64,000 bases of DNA from Flavobacteriaceae bacterium. GTDB taxonomy: Bacteria > Bacteroidota > Bacteroidia > Flavobacteriales > Flavobacteriaceae. The stretch spans positions 1,823 to 65,822 of the forward strand of contig JABDLA010000135.1 of the NCBI GenBank assembly GCA_013001965.1, in the 5' to 3' direction. The notes below the pieces were generated by a model, which saw only the letters and a list, made by a program, of their open reading frames with translations, did not search any database and was not told where the DNA came from. The position numbers and the translations under genes were made by a program. Of the stretch, positions 19,267 to 29,182 are shown piece by piece (position 1 is the stretch's first letter; each line of letters opens with the position of its first letter).

Positions 19267-21673
19267 ATAAACTATATCTTAAGGCAAGAATGAAGTTTAT
19301 CCCCGGTGCTGCGATTCCGGACGAATACGTACGATACCGCTGATTAGTAATGTTTTCTACAGTGGCAGTAATTGAAGTTGATTCTGAGATCTCATATTGT
19401 GATCTGAAATTTAAGGTGTACCAGGACGGCGAATACGGATTTCCATTTTTATCAGATGCATAGAGGAAGTCCTTGTCAATTTCTGAAGGTGCTAGTTGGG
19501 CGAAGGACAATTCACTGTTGAATTCGAAAAACCCATCTAGCTTAATTTTATCCTTTTTCCAAATTAAATGGGTGTTTCCAAAGGCAGGAGCCACATGTCT
19601 TACTGGAACTTCAAGGCCATCCATGTCCTCTTCACTTCCTCCAATGACGCTATACTGCGATGTAAATTGTAATGATTGGTTGAATGAAACTTTCAATCCC
19701 GCCTCGAATCCATAGATCCATGCTTTAGATGCATTTTGAATGGCCTGAACAGTACTCAATTCACCGTCATACATAATTTCTGTTTGCCCATTGATACTAA
19801 AATCACGTCGAACTAATGCATTGTCTAAATAGGTATAATAGGTGGCAAAATCGAGTACAATATCATTGTTAAAATTAACGGTAACTCCAAGTTCACCACC
19901 ATAGGCATATTCCGATTTTAAATTTGGATTTGGCACCACAACCGAACCGGGTTCTGAATCAAATATTTTTCCTATATCATCAATGTTAGGTGCTCTGAAC
20001 GCTGTTGATGCATTTAATTTCCATTGTATGATGTCATTAGGTGCCCAACTTAAGCCTGCGGTTGCTGTTAATGCGCCCGTATCGAGGTTCGCATTCTGAA
20101 ATGGTAAATTGAAAAATGCATTGTTTTCAGTAAGATCGGCATTGATAAATATGTGATTATAGCGAATCCCCGATTGAAAAGCCAAAGTCTTGTTTGGCTT
20201 ATATTTAAAACTAAGATAGGCTGCCGCTGACTGCCAAGTCGAGCGGTCAGGGTATCTGGAAGCAATGTCTTCAATGACATTGGTATTTATATTGGTTTGA
20301 AATCCATCTGATCCAACTTCATTGTACAAATATTCTGCCCCATAGAATATCTTTGATTTATCGGAAACAGATTTTTCGAAGTCTAAATTAGCTGAAATGG
20401 CATCTACATTTTCCTCTCTTATTCGCCTGATCTCAGAATCAAAATTTCGGTCAATCCTGCTTTCCTTAAAATTTTGATAGGCAGTGGTTAACTTCAAATT
20501 ATCGTATAAATTGGAGTTGCTTTTAAGAACGGTAAATTGCAAATTCCCGAGAAACCAGCGTTGCGGGCCATAATTCCATTCAGCAGATCTTAATTGGCCG
20601 TCCCGATAACGAATTAACCGATCATATCTTGGATACTCTGAAGTTTCGGTATAATGCAGACCAAGATCATAACTTACTTTTTCGCTGGGTTTATAGTGCA
20701 CTTTCTGTAAGAAGTTCATCTGATCATAGCCGGTAAATTTTTGTTTCCGTGGATTTGTATTCTGAACAATTTGATCCTGGCCATTAATAGTTTCAATATA
20801 TTCCGGCCTGAGAAAGTCATCAGGTCCATATTTTCCCATTTTCAGATCATCGAAATCAGTATAACTGAAGCTGGATAGAAAAGCCCATTCCTTTAAGCCA
20901 AAACTCAAATCAACATGTCCTGTTTTTTCATTACTGGCCGATGCATATCTTACAATCCCATTGGCATTGAAAGCCAGTGAATCAGTCTCTGATAATTGAG
21001 GTTTCTGTGAATAAAAGTTCATGACACCGCCAATGGCATCACTTCCATAAATAACAGAGCCTGCCCCTAAAATAACTTCGGTGTTCTGTATAGTAAACGG
21101 GTCTATGGAAATAACATTTTGGACATTTCCTCCCCTGAAAATCGCATTGTTCATTCTTACATCATCAACTGAGATCAATAATCTGTTGGTTGAGAATCCT
21201 CTTATCATTGGGCTCCCACCACCTTGCTGACTTTTCTGGATAAAAACCTGTCCACTGTTTTTCAGAAGGTCAGCGCTTGTTTGCGGTGTTGCGAAAACGA
21301 TGTCTTCTTTTTTTAAGCTTAATATTTTTTGTGGGACCTCCTTTTGACTTTGTTCAAATTTGGAGGCCGAAATTACAACAACATCAAGATCTAAGGCTTT
21401 TGGTTTCAATAATACCAGGGTGGAAATACTGGATTTCAGCAGTCTCTTATTATAAAAAGAGATATGCTGGAAGGTTAGAAGTTCATTTTGATCGAATTTT
21501 TCAAGATCAACCTTACCATCAAAATCGGAAATGACATTTTTAGTTTTAGACGCATTATAGACTGCAACTCCAATGATAGGCTCCATGGAAGACTGGTCCA
21601 TAATGACGACTTCCTGAGCATAAAATTTGGTGATAAGAAAACAGAAAAATAGTACTATTCTAAATAGATTCAT
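19265..21673 (-). CDS. TonB-dependent outer membrane receptor
   Basis: Signal peptide, VVISASK TonB-box region, plug SPMIRG, GAGSVIYGSDAIGGV, FRAPNIDD, ENITNQRY. Confidence 0.92.
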   Translation of the reverse strand: MNLFRIVLFFCFLITKFYAQEVVIMDQSSMEPIIGVAVYNASKTKNVISDFDGKVDLEKFDQNELLTFQHISFYNKRLLKSSISTLVLLKPKALDLDVVVISASKFEQSQKEVPQKILSLKKEDIVFATPQTSADLLKNSGQVFIQKSQQGGGSPMIRGFSTNRLLISVDDVRMNNAIFRGGNVQNVISIDPFTIQNTEVILGAGSVIYGSDAIGGVMNFYSQKPQLSETDSLAFNANGIVRYASASNEKTGHVDLSFGLKEWAFLSSFSYTDFDDLKMGKYGPDDFLRPEYIETINGQDQIVQNTNPRKQKFTGYDQMNFLQKVHYKPSEKVSYDLGLHYTETSEYPRYDRLIRYRDGQLRSAEWNYGPQRWFLGNLQFTVLKSNSNLYDNLKLTTAYQNFKESRIDRNFDSEIRRIREENVDAISANLDFEKSVSDKSKIFYGAEYLYNEVGSDGFQTNINTNVIEDIASRYPDRSTWQSAAAYLSFKYKPNKTLAFQSGIRYNHIFINADLTENNAFFNLPFQNANLDTGALTATAGLSWAPNDIIQWKLNASTAFRAPNIDDIGKIFDSEPGSVVVPNPNLKSEYAYGGELGVTVNFNNDIVLDFATYYTYLDNALVRRDFSINGQTEIMYDGELSTVQAIQNASKAWIYGFEAGLKVSFNQSLQFTSQYSVIGGSEEDMDGLEVPVRHVAPAFGNTHLIWKKDKIKLDGFFEFNSELSFAQLAPSEIDKDFLYASDKNGNPYSPSWYTLNFRSQYEISESTSITATVENITNQRYRTYSSGIAAPGINFILALRYSL

Positions 21674-21674
21674 T

Positions 21675-22391
21675 TCAATGAAAAACCTGATTTAATATTG
21701 CCAATGACTGCGGTTCTTTAAAACCGTCCAAATGTAATTTATAATAATGTAAAATCATATCTAAAAACTCTTGTTTTTGATCTGACGACATTTGGAGTTT
21801 TTTATTACCATCAAATTTTATACCTAACAACTGTTTTAAAAAAGTTAAATTTTGTCCGGACACGCAATATATGCCGGTTTTTTCATTTTGAAATTTACCT
21901 TCAAGCAGGTTAAAAAAAGGAGCTTTTAAATCATTCCCCGGATAGAAACCAAGATATTTGGTGAACTCAATCAGGAATAAAAAATGAAAATTTGAATACA
22001 CCTCATGGGTTTCGAACCATTTGATTGAAGTTTCCAGAAAATTATAAAGTTCCATATTCTGTTCTTCCTCTTTTACAATATTGGAGGTGATTTCGGCAAG
22101 AAATAAAACGATTGCACTTTTGATAACATGAGTGTGTATGGAAGGCGTGGGAAAATACACTTTAACATCTTTGATGTATTGAAGTGATCTGTTTTCTTTA
22201 TGATCAGCCTCAATCTCTATCATCGAAAACAACTGAAAATAGGCCGGCCTGACATTTCGTTTTTTCGAACTGAGTATGTTTTTAAGCAGATAACTTTTTA
22301 TGCCATATTTGGCCGTATAGCATTTAACAATAAGATCATTGTCCTTATAACGAAGTTTAGAAATAACAATCGCTTTAGTAGAAATTTGCAT
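21675..22391 (-). CDS. recO: DNA repair protein RecO
   Basis: TKAIV...Y.DNDLIVKCYT..YG, YLGFYP, FNL.EG.F; follows porZ. Confidence 0.92.
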   Translation of the reverse strand: MQISTKAIVISKLRYKDNDLIVKCYTAKYGIKSYLLKNILSSKKRNVRPAYFQLFSMIEIEADHKENRSLQYIKDVKVYFPTPSIHTHVIKSAIVLFLAEITSNIVKEEEQNMELYNFLETSIKWFETHEVYSNFHFLFLIEFTKYLGFYPGNDLKAPFFNLLEGKFQNEKTGIYCVSGQNLTFLKQLLGIKFDGNKKLQMSSDQKQEFLDMILHYYKLHLDGFKEPQSLAILNQVFH

Positions 22392-24736
22392 TATCTCACT
22401 ACCATTAATTTAAGGACTCTAGTTTCGAAAGTATCAAGATCAGAAAGCATGATCAAATATACACCCGATGAAACCGCATTATTGGCCAGGTTTCGGCCAT
22501 TCCAATAGGCGGTTCCGCCATCGATCTCAAGATTATAGCCTTTGAACCTAAGGTTTTTATTCGATTCGGCTTCGGCTACTAAATTGCCCTCAATATCGGT
22601 GATCTTGATATTCACATTTTCGCTAATGTCCTTTATGGTGATCTTTTTATCAAAATCATTATAACCTGGCCGTACCGGATTTGGAAAAATAAATGCATCT
22701 GCAAGGTCATCCTGAGGTTTTGAGCTTCCGGATCTAAAGGAGACCAAACCTCTGTCGGTCGCGATATAGACCACCCCATTATTACTATCAATGGATACAT
22801 CGATCACATTGTTGGATGGAAGCGGCGAATTATCTGTGGTGAAATGATAAATTGTTTCCTGACCATCTGCTGAAAAATAAAATACCCCAGACCCAATGGT
22901 TGAGATCCATTTATTATTTCCACCATCAACTTTTATATCAGAAATGAATTGAAACTGCAATAATTCTTTCGGAATACCATCTTCAAGAATGATAATAGGT
23001 TCAGTCCGAACATCATTGCTTTCAAAAAAATTTGAGGTGTTGTATAAAACTCTCAGTCCTCGTATCGTTCCAATCCATAATTGATTTCTATTATCAATTG
23101 CAAGAGATCTGATCGCAGGGTCAGGTAAATTTGCAATTTCTTCATCAAATATATTTTTGATCTCATTGGTGGTATCATTGAAACCAATTACTCCTGAACG
23201 CAGGGCCCCGATCCATTTCGTTCCATTATTATCTATGACAATGTCACTAAAGCCTAATTCATCAAATAGCCCGTTTGGGATTATGGCACTGAAATCATAC
23301 CCCTGCCATTGTCCGGATGCCGGATCATAGGATTTAAGCGGGCGTTGCACCCGGCAGGTCATAGACCATAGTACATCATTCTGATCAAAGGTTGATCCCG
23401 ACACTCTAATGCTTACGAAATCAGGGTTATTGGGAAGAACCAGCGATTCCAATCCACTATTGTTCTGATTATATCGAATTGTGGGTACATCATCATTAAT
23501 CTCGACAATACCGCTCCCAAATGAACTAACAAACACCTGGTTAGGGTTGGAGGGGTTTATTGAAATAGCATTTAAATCTGTTGCATTGAACAAACTGTCA
23601 AATGGGATATTATTCCATTCGCCCTCTCTTAAATGACTTAAACCATATTGTCTCACCGGTGATGGATTATAGGTCAACGAATAGTCCCCATATGAAACCC
23701 ATAAATTCCCGGCTTCGGCCTGAACAGCAAAGGCACTGTTGCGCAACGGGCCGTCCGGATGAATTTCGGTGTATTCTGTTGGACTAAGATGACTGGACGA
23801 AAGAAGGCCAAATTCTTCTGTTCCTATATACACATTGTCAGCTGTACTCACCGCTGAGGTAAATTCTGTTTCAAAATCGGGCTGTACCGAATAGTTTGCT
23901 ATCAAATTAAAATCAGGATCATACACATAAACCCGGTTCTTCAGTGTCACCGTTAAAGTGCCATTAGCACTTTTTAAATCAAGAGGAATATCTGGATAAG
24001 TAAAGAGCTCATTAAGGGCGGTAATAATCAATTCATAAATCACATTGTTTAGCCGTGTTGTGAACAATCTGTTTCCTAATGCTTCAATGCCTAAGAAATT
24101 TCCAGGTTGAAATTGCGTCCATTCCTGGTAATCGATCAAATCATCACTCGCAACCAACGCTCTTCGCAATCCGCTATTGCTTTTGCAAGCAGCATATAAG
24201 TAATCGCCAAAAACCTCGGTTTGTGCAACAATAATCCGTGTTCCATTATTCCCAATAAAATAAGTGTCACCAAACTCTAAACGGTCGAGGTCATAGACCG
24301 AAATGCCGTAATCTGTGGCTATATAAATAAAATTATTGAATTCGTTGAAATGATTAATCCGTTTATTATCGGGAGGAATGGTGGGTTTATCTATTATATC
24401 AACCACTGTTAGAACATCGTCGTTCGCTTCGGAATAAATTTCCATCAAACCGCTGCTATAACCAATGACCAGTAATTCATAAGCTTCGCTATAATAAATG
24501 GTTGAAATGAAATCGCCAGAAAGCCCATTAATAGTAGTTAATGTATTGAGTTCTGAAGTTAGGATGTCATAACTAAACACCACATTCTCTGAAGCTGCAT
24601 AGATCTTGTCATTCCCTTCAACGACATCAATAATATTCAGATAGGAGAAGTGGCCTTGCCATAAGGTAGAAAAGTCCTGTGCATGGAGCTGGGCAAATAA
24701 CAAGCTAATGACAATAACTGCAATTTTCTTTTTCAT
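22391..24736 (-). CDS. porZ: T9SS component PorZ-like beta-propeller protein
   Basis: W..HFSY start, beta-propeller repeats (NNKWIST, NSPLPSNNV), CTD FPNPVRP...WNGRN...SGVY; upstream of recO. Start set to MKKKIAV. Confidence 0.82.
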   Translation of the reverse strand: MKKKIAVIVISLLFAQLHAQDFSTLWQGHFSYLNIIDVVEGNDKIYAASENVVFSYDILTSELNTLTTINGLSGDFISTIYYSEAYELLVIGYSSGLMEIYSEANDDVLTVVDIIDKPTIPPDNKRINHFNEFNNFIYIATDYGISVYDLDRLEFGDTYFIGNNGTRIIVAQTEVFGDYLYAACKSNSGLRRALVASDDLIDYQEWTQFQPGNFLGIEALGNRLFTTRLNNVIYELIITALNELFTYPDIPLDLKSANGTLTVTLKNRVYVYDPDFNLIANYSVQPDFETEFTSAVSTADNVYIGTEEFGLLSSSHLSPTEYTEIHPDGPLRNSAFAVQAEAGNLWVSYGDYSLTYNPSPVRQYGLSHLREGEWNNIPFDSLFNATDLNAISINPSNPNQVFVSSFGSGIVEINDDVPTIRYNQNNSGLESLVLPNNPDFVSIRVSGSTFDQNDVLWSMTCRVQRPLKSYDPASGQWQGYDFSAIIPNGLFDELGFSDIVIDNNGTKWIGALRSGVIGFNDTTNEIKNIFDEEIANLPDPAIRSLAIDNRNQLWIGTIRGLRVLYNTSNFFESNDVRTEPIIILEDGIPKELLQFQFISDIKVDGGNNKWISTIGSGVFYFSADGQETIYHFTTDNSPLPSNNVIDVSIDSNNGVVYIATDRGLVSFRSGSSKPQDDLADAFIFPNPVRPGYNDFDKKITIKDISENVNIKITDIEGNLVAEAESNKNLRFKGYNLEIDGGTAYWNGRNLANNAVSSGVYLIMLSDLDTFETRVLKLMVVR

Positions 24737-24807
24737 GTTAATAGCTTTCAATATCAAATATATTTATAAGTAACGACAAATACTTAAAAATCATATGTTT
24801 TTGAAAT

Positions 24808-24833
24808 AAAAAAGCTCCCAATCCTGGAAGCTT
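24808..24833 (-). terminator. Intrinsic terminator after gdhA
   Basis: Minus-strand hairpin AAGCTTCCA/TGGGAGCTT (includes a G-U pair) plus T-run. Confidence 0.65.
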
Positions 24834-24854
24834 AATTACCAATATATTTAAAGA

Positions 24855-26198
24855 TTATATAACACCTTGAGCAAGCATGGCATCGGCTACTTTCACAAAT
24901 CCGGCAATATTTGCGCCTTTTACGTAATCGATATAACCATCCTCCTCTTTTCCATATTCGATACAGATATCATGAATATCCTCCATAATATCCTTAAGCT
25001 TGGTATCAACCTCTTCCCGCGTCCAGTTAAACCGCAATGAATTTTGTGTCATTTCCAATCCGGAAGTAGCAACTCCTCCCGCATTAGAAGCTTTGCCCGG
25101 AGCGAATAAGATCTTAGCTTTATGAAATTTCTCTACCGCCCCTTTGGTTGATGGCATATTAGCGCCTTCGCTAACGCAAATACAACCGTTTGAAAGGAGT
25201 GTTTCGGCATCTTTATCGTCTAATTCATTTTGAGTCGCACATGGCAAGGCAATATCACAGGCAACACCCCAAGGCGTTTTTCCTGCAGTATATTCGGCAT
25301 TTGGATAGACCTTTACATATTCGCTAATACGGCCACGTTTTTCATTTTTTAAATCCATAACATAAGCCAGTTTATCCTCATCAATGCCTTCGGGATCATA
25401 AATATATCCGGATGAATCGGATAAGGTCACAACTTTTGCTCCCAGGTGAATTGATTTTTCGGCAGCAAATTGTGCTACATTACCAGATCCGGAGATCACA
25501 ACCGTTTTATTCTTAAATGAATCGTCTTTTGTTTCAAGCATGTTCTGAGCAAAATATACAGTCCCGTATCCCGTTGCCTCAGGACGAATCTTGGATCCTC
25601 CCCAACTCATGCCTTTTCCGGTCAATACGCCAGTAAATTCATTCTTCATTTTTTTATACATGCCAAACAGAAATCCGATCTCACGTCCACCTACACCAAT
25701 GTCACCTGCAGGGACGTCGGTATTTGGTCCAATGTGTCTGAAAAGCTCACTCATAAAGGCATGGCAAAACCGCATGATTTCATTATCGCTTTTCCCTTTG
25801 GGGTCAAAATCACTTCCTCCTTTTCCTCCACCCATTGGTAAAGTGGTCAAACTATTTTTAAACACCTGTTCGAAGGCCAAAAACTTCAGAATACTCAAAT
25901 TCACTGATGGATGGAATCTTAAACCGCCTTTGTAAGGGCCTATGGCAGAATTCATTTGAATTCTAAAGCCTCTGTTCACCTGGATTTCACCATGATCATC
26001 AACCCAACATACACGAAACATCACTACACGTTCAGGTTCAACCATTCGAAGTAAAATATTTTTTCCATAATAAATGTCGTTTTTAACTATATATGGAATG
26101 ACCGTTTCGGCAACCTCCTCAACGGCTTGTAAGAATTCGGGTTCTCCCTGATTACGTATCTTAACATATTCTAGAAATTCCTTGATCGTTTGTTTCAT
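24855..26198 (-). CDS. gdhA: NADP-specific glutamate dehydrogenase
   Basis: GPYKGGLRFHP, MGGGKGGSDF, DVPAGDIGVG, RPEATGYG, SGSGNVAQ. Confidence 0.97.
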   Translation of the reverse strand: MKQTIKEFLEYVKIRNQGEPEFLQAVEEVAETVIPYIVKNDIYYGKNILLRMVEPERVVMFRVCWVDDHGEIQVNRGFRIQMNSAIGPYKGGLRFHPSVNLSILKFLAFEQVFKNSLTTLPMGGGKGGSDFDPKGKSDNEIMRFCHAFMSELFRHIGPNTDVPAGDIGVGGREIGFLFGMYKKMKNEFTGVLTGKGMSWGGSKIRPEATGYGTVYFAQNMLETKDDSFKNKTVVISGSGNVAQFAAEKSIHLGAKVVTLSDSSGYIYDPEGIDEDKLAYVMDLKNEKRGRISEYVKVYPNAEYTAGKTPWGVACDIALPCATQNELDDKDAETLLSNGCICVSEGANMPSTKGAVEKFHKAKILFAPGKASNAGGVATSGLEMTQNSLRFNWTREEVDTKLKDIMEDIHDICIEYGKEEDGYIDYVKGANIAGFVKVADAMLAQGVI

Positions 26199-26438
26199 GA
26201 AATTGAGTTTAATTGAATTGATATGATAACTAAATTTATGAGGACAAATATACGTTAACTTTTAAAAATTAATTCCTATTTTTTATGAATTCAAAGAGGC
26301 TGTTTATAATAAATTATTAGATTTAGTGTTATAAGTTAGAAGAAAAGAAAATTTGCATTTTATCGGATTTATTTGTTCTTTTATCGAGTTTTTCTATATT
26401 TGTTGAACAATTACACTCAAATCGCTGAAAATTGTACC

Positions 26439-27224
26439 ATGCTCAAACTGAAACAATTGCCCATCGTTTTATTTATTGCTTTAGCCTCAGGCTTTAGTTA
26501 TGGCCAACTTGGATTTTCTCATGAAATCGGCGTCATTGCCGGCCCCGTGGAGTTTAGAGCCGATTATGGTAGCCGTAATAATGAAGAAACCAACCTTGGT
26601 AATACGGGGATTGGAGTAGGGATCGTTCACTATATTAATTTCTCATATAGGGCAGATTGTAATTGTTATACAACAGACACCTATTTTAATGATCATTTTA
26701 AGCTTAGGAGTGAGATATCATGGAATAAAACAACATTGAATCATTTTGGAGAATGGGTCGACCCTGATAAAACCAGTCCGAATGCAGACCGATTAAGAGC
26801 ACATAGTGGTGAAGCCAATAATTTCGATATTGGAATGCAATTGGAGTATTTTCCTAAGAGTATTCGATCGTTTCAAGCGTTTGCCTACAAATTTGCTCCT
26901 TTTGCGAGTTTGGGAGTTCACTATACGTCCTATTCGCCTAAAGCCAGTACAACATATGGCGACGGAAGTATAACAAATCCGGCAAATTTTTATTCGTATT
27001 GGGAGCCTGGATCAGTCAATCCTCAGAGCGGATCGGCATTTTCAATGGTAACCAGTGTTGGTGTTCGATATAAGCTTACTGTTCTTTCAGACCTGATGCT
27101 TGATCTCAGATGGCAATTGTACTTTGATGACTGGATTGACGGCCTGAATCACCAATTAAGTTTCAATAAATTTAATGATTGGTTGATCTGGTTAAATTTT
27201 GGGTATATCTATTACCTGGATTAA
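26439..27224 (+). CDS. Outer-membrane beta-barrel protein (THC0290_0291-like, PorT-related)
   Basis: Signal peptide, HEIGV..G, alternating beta strands, DWIDGL motif, terminal GYIYYLD; TATATTTG promoter at 26395-26402. Confidence 0.65.
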   Translation: MLKLKQLPIVLFIALASGFSYGQLGFSHEIGVIAGPVEFRADYGSRNNEETNLGNTGIGVGIVHYINFSYRADCNCYTTDTYFNDHFKLRSEISWNKTTLNHFGEWVDPDKTSPNADRLRAHSGEANNFDIGMQLEYFPKSIRSFQAFAYKFAPFASLGVHYTSYSPKASTTYGDGSITNPANFYSYWEPGSVNPQSGSAFSMVTSVGVRYKLTVLSDLMLDLRWQLYFDDWIDGLNHQLSFNKFNDWLIWLNFGYIYYLD

Positions 27225-27227
27225 TCA

Positions 27228-28367
27228 TTAATTTAAAGCCTGTTTAAGATCATCGATCAGGTCCTCCGCATCTTCAATTCCAACGCTCAATCTTATAAGA
27301 GAATCAACTACACCCGTTTTCTCACGTTCCTCCTTCGGAATACTTGCATGTGTCATACTTGCCGGATGCCCCGAAAGCGATTCTACTCCACCCAAGGACT
27401 CAGCTAAAGTAAACAGTCTAAGATTTTCCACTATCCGGATAGCCTCATTATAATCATTTCCTATTGTGATGAACGAAAGCATGCCGCCAAAATCTTTCAT
27501 TTGAGATTTTGCAATGTCATGATTGGGGTGGTCTTTAAAACCGGGCCAGTACACCTTTTCAATTTTTGGATGATCGGCCAGAAATTCGGCGACTTTCTTT
27601 CCGTTTTCACAATGGCGCTGCATTCTTATATGAAGCGTTTTAATGCCTCTCAACATAAGAAAACAATCCTGTGGCCCGCTAACGGCGCCACTTGCATTTT
27701 GCAGAAATGCCAATTTCTCGGCCAAGTCATCATCATTCACTACTAATGCACCCATAACGACATCACTATGACCACCGAGATATTTAGTCGCCGAGTGCAT
27801 TACAATATCTGCACCTAAGGTTAAGGGCTGCTGCAAATAAGGTGTTGCAAAGGTGTTGTCAACCGCAAGCAGAATCTGCCGGGTTCGAGCCAAAGCTGCA
27901 ATTGATTTAATATCTATGACGTTAAGCATTGGATTTGTTGGCGTTTCAATCCAAATAAGTTTCGTGTTTGCATTTATATAGGTCTCGATCTTAGCGGCGT
28001 TTTCCATGCCGATGAAATGAAATTTTATACCGTATTTCTCATACACTTTAGTGAATAAGCGATATGTTCCTCCATACAAATCATTGGTTGAAATGACCTC
28101 ATCTCCCGGTTCTAAAAGTTTAATTACAGCATCAATTGACGCCATTCCCGAAGCGAATGCCAGACCATGTTTTCCATTTTCAATACTGGCGAGTGAATTT
28201 TCCAATGCTGTTCGCGTAGGGTTATGCGTTCTGGAATATTCAAAGCCTTTATGCCCTCCCGGTGTACTTTGTGCATAGGTAGTTGTTTGATAAATTGGAG
28301 GCATGACGGCACCATAAGCCGGATCATGTTCTTGTCCGCCGTGAATCGTTTTGGTATTAAATTTCAT
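27228..28367 (-). CDS. Cystathionine gamma-synthase/lyase (PLP-dependent)
   Basis: YSRT.NPTR, IETPTNP, VDNTF, HSATKYLGGHSD (PLP lysine), AESLGGVESL. Confidence 0.93.
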   Translation of the reverse strand: MKFNTKTIHGGQEHDPAYGAVMPPIYQTTTYAQSTPGGHKGFEYSRTHNPTRTALENSLASIENGKHGLAFASGMASIDAVIKLLEPGDEVISTNDLYGGTYRLFTKVYEKYGIKFHFIGMENAAKIETYINANTKLIWIETPTNPMLNVIDIKSIAALARTRQILLAVDNTFATPYLQQPLTLGADIVMHSATKYLGGHSDVVMGALVVNDDDLAEKLAFLQNASGAVSGPQDCFLMLRGIKTLHIRMQRHCENGKKVAEFLADHPKIEKVYWPGFKDHPNHDIAKSQMKDFGGMLSFITIGNDYNEAIRIVENLRLFTLAESLGGVESLSGHPASMTHASIPKEEREKTGVVDSLIRLSVGIEDAEDLIDDLKQALN

Positions 28368-28462
28368 TTGGAATTATATTAGTGCAACAAATTTAGTTTT
28401 TAATTCGTTCTATTCAAATCTATTATGATATCTTTAAATATACTTTTTAAAAACGACCAATC

Positions 28463-29182
28463 ATGAGAAAAATAGTGGTAGTCTTGGGCGGTTTTCTCCT
28501 ATTTTTTTCCTGTGAAGAAGAGCTTAATTTAAACTTTACTGAAATCAATGCGATTTATAAAGAAAGTGCCATCATTGAAATCAATATCCCCAAGGCCGAA
28601 GGAAAAAGCGCATTGAGCAAAGCTATAAATTCTACTCTCGAAAATCATATTGCAAGCGTCCTGAATTTCAGTGAGGAGGATTCAGAAACTATTCAGCTAG
28701 ATGAAGCGATTAAACACTTTGAAGCGGAATTTAAAGCATTTAAATCAGATTATGAAGAAAGTGCGATGGTATGGGAGGCGGTTTTTGACGGTGAGGTTAT
28801 CTATCAATCTCCTGAGGTCATTTGCATTGCTATAAACGGTTATACCAATACCGGAGGGGCTCATGGAAATATGAACATCACCTTATATAACTTTGACATC
28901 AAAGATGGTGCTGTTCTAAAGCATGATGATATCATTTTAAAAATGGAAGAATTCATGGAAATCGCTAAGCAGTATTTCACAAAGGAAATCGAAGCACAGG
29001 GAGAAGATATGGCAGAAGACTATTTTTTTGAAGAAGGTTTTCATTTACCCGCAAATATAGGATTCAATGATGAGGGCATTCTCCTTCTGTACAATGTTTA
29101 TGAAATCGCCTCTTATGCTCAGGGACTTACTGAGTTCACTATTCCTTTTGAAGAAGTCAATTCCTTTTTAAAGGTACATTAG
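28463..29182 (+). CDS. DUF3298/DUF4163 (RsiV/PdaC-like) lipoprotein
   Basis: Lipobox FFSC, YTNTGGAHG, YNVYEIASYA motifs. Confidence 0.8.
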   Translation: MRKIVVVLGGFLLFFSCEEELNLNFTEINAIYKESAIIEINIPKAEGKSALSKAINSTLENHIASVLNFSEEDSETIQLDEAIKHFEAEFKAFKSDYEESAMVWEAVFDGEVIYQSPEVICIAINGYTNTGGAHGNMNITLYNFDIKDGAVLKHDDIILKMEEFMEIAKQYFTKEIEAQGEDMAEDYFFEEGFHLPANIGFNDEGILLLYNVYEIASYAQGLTEFTIPFEEVNSFLKVH

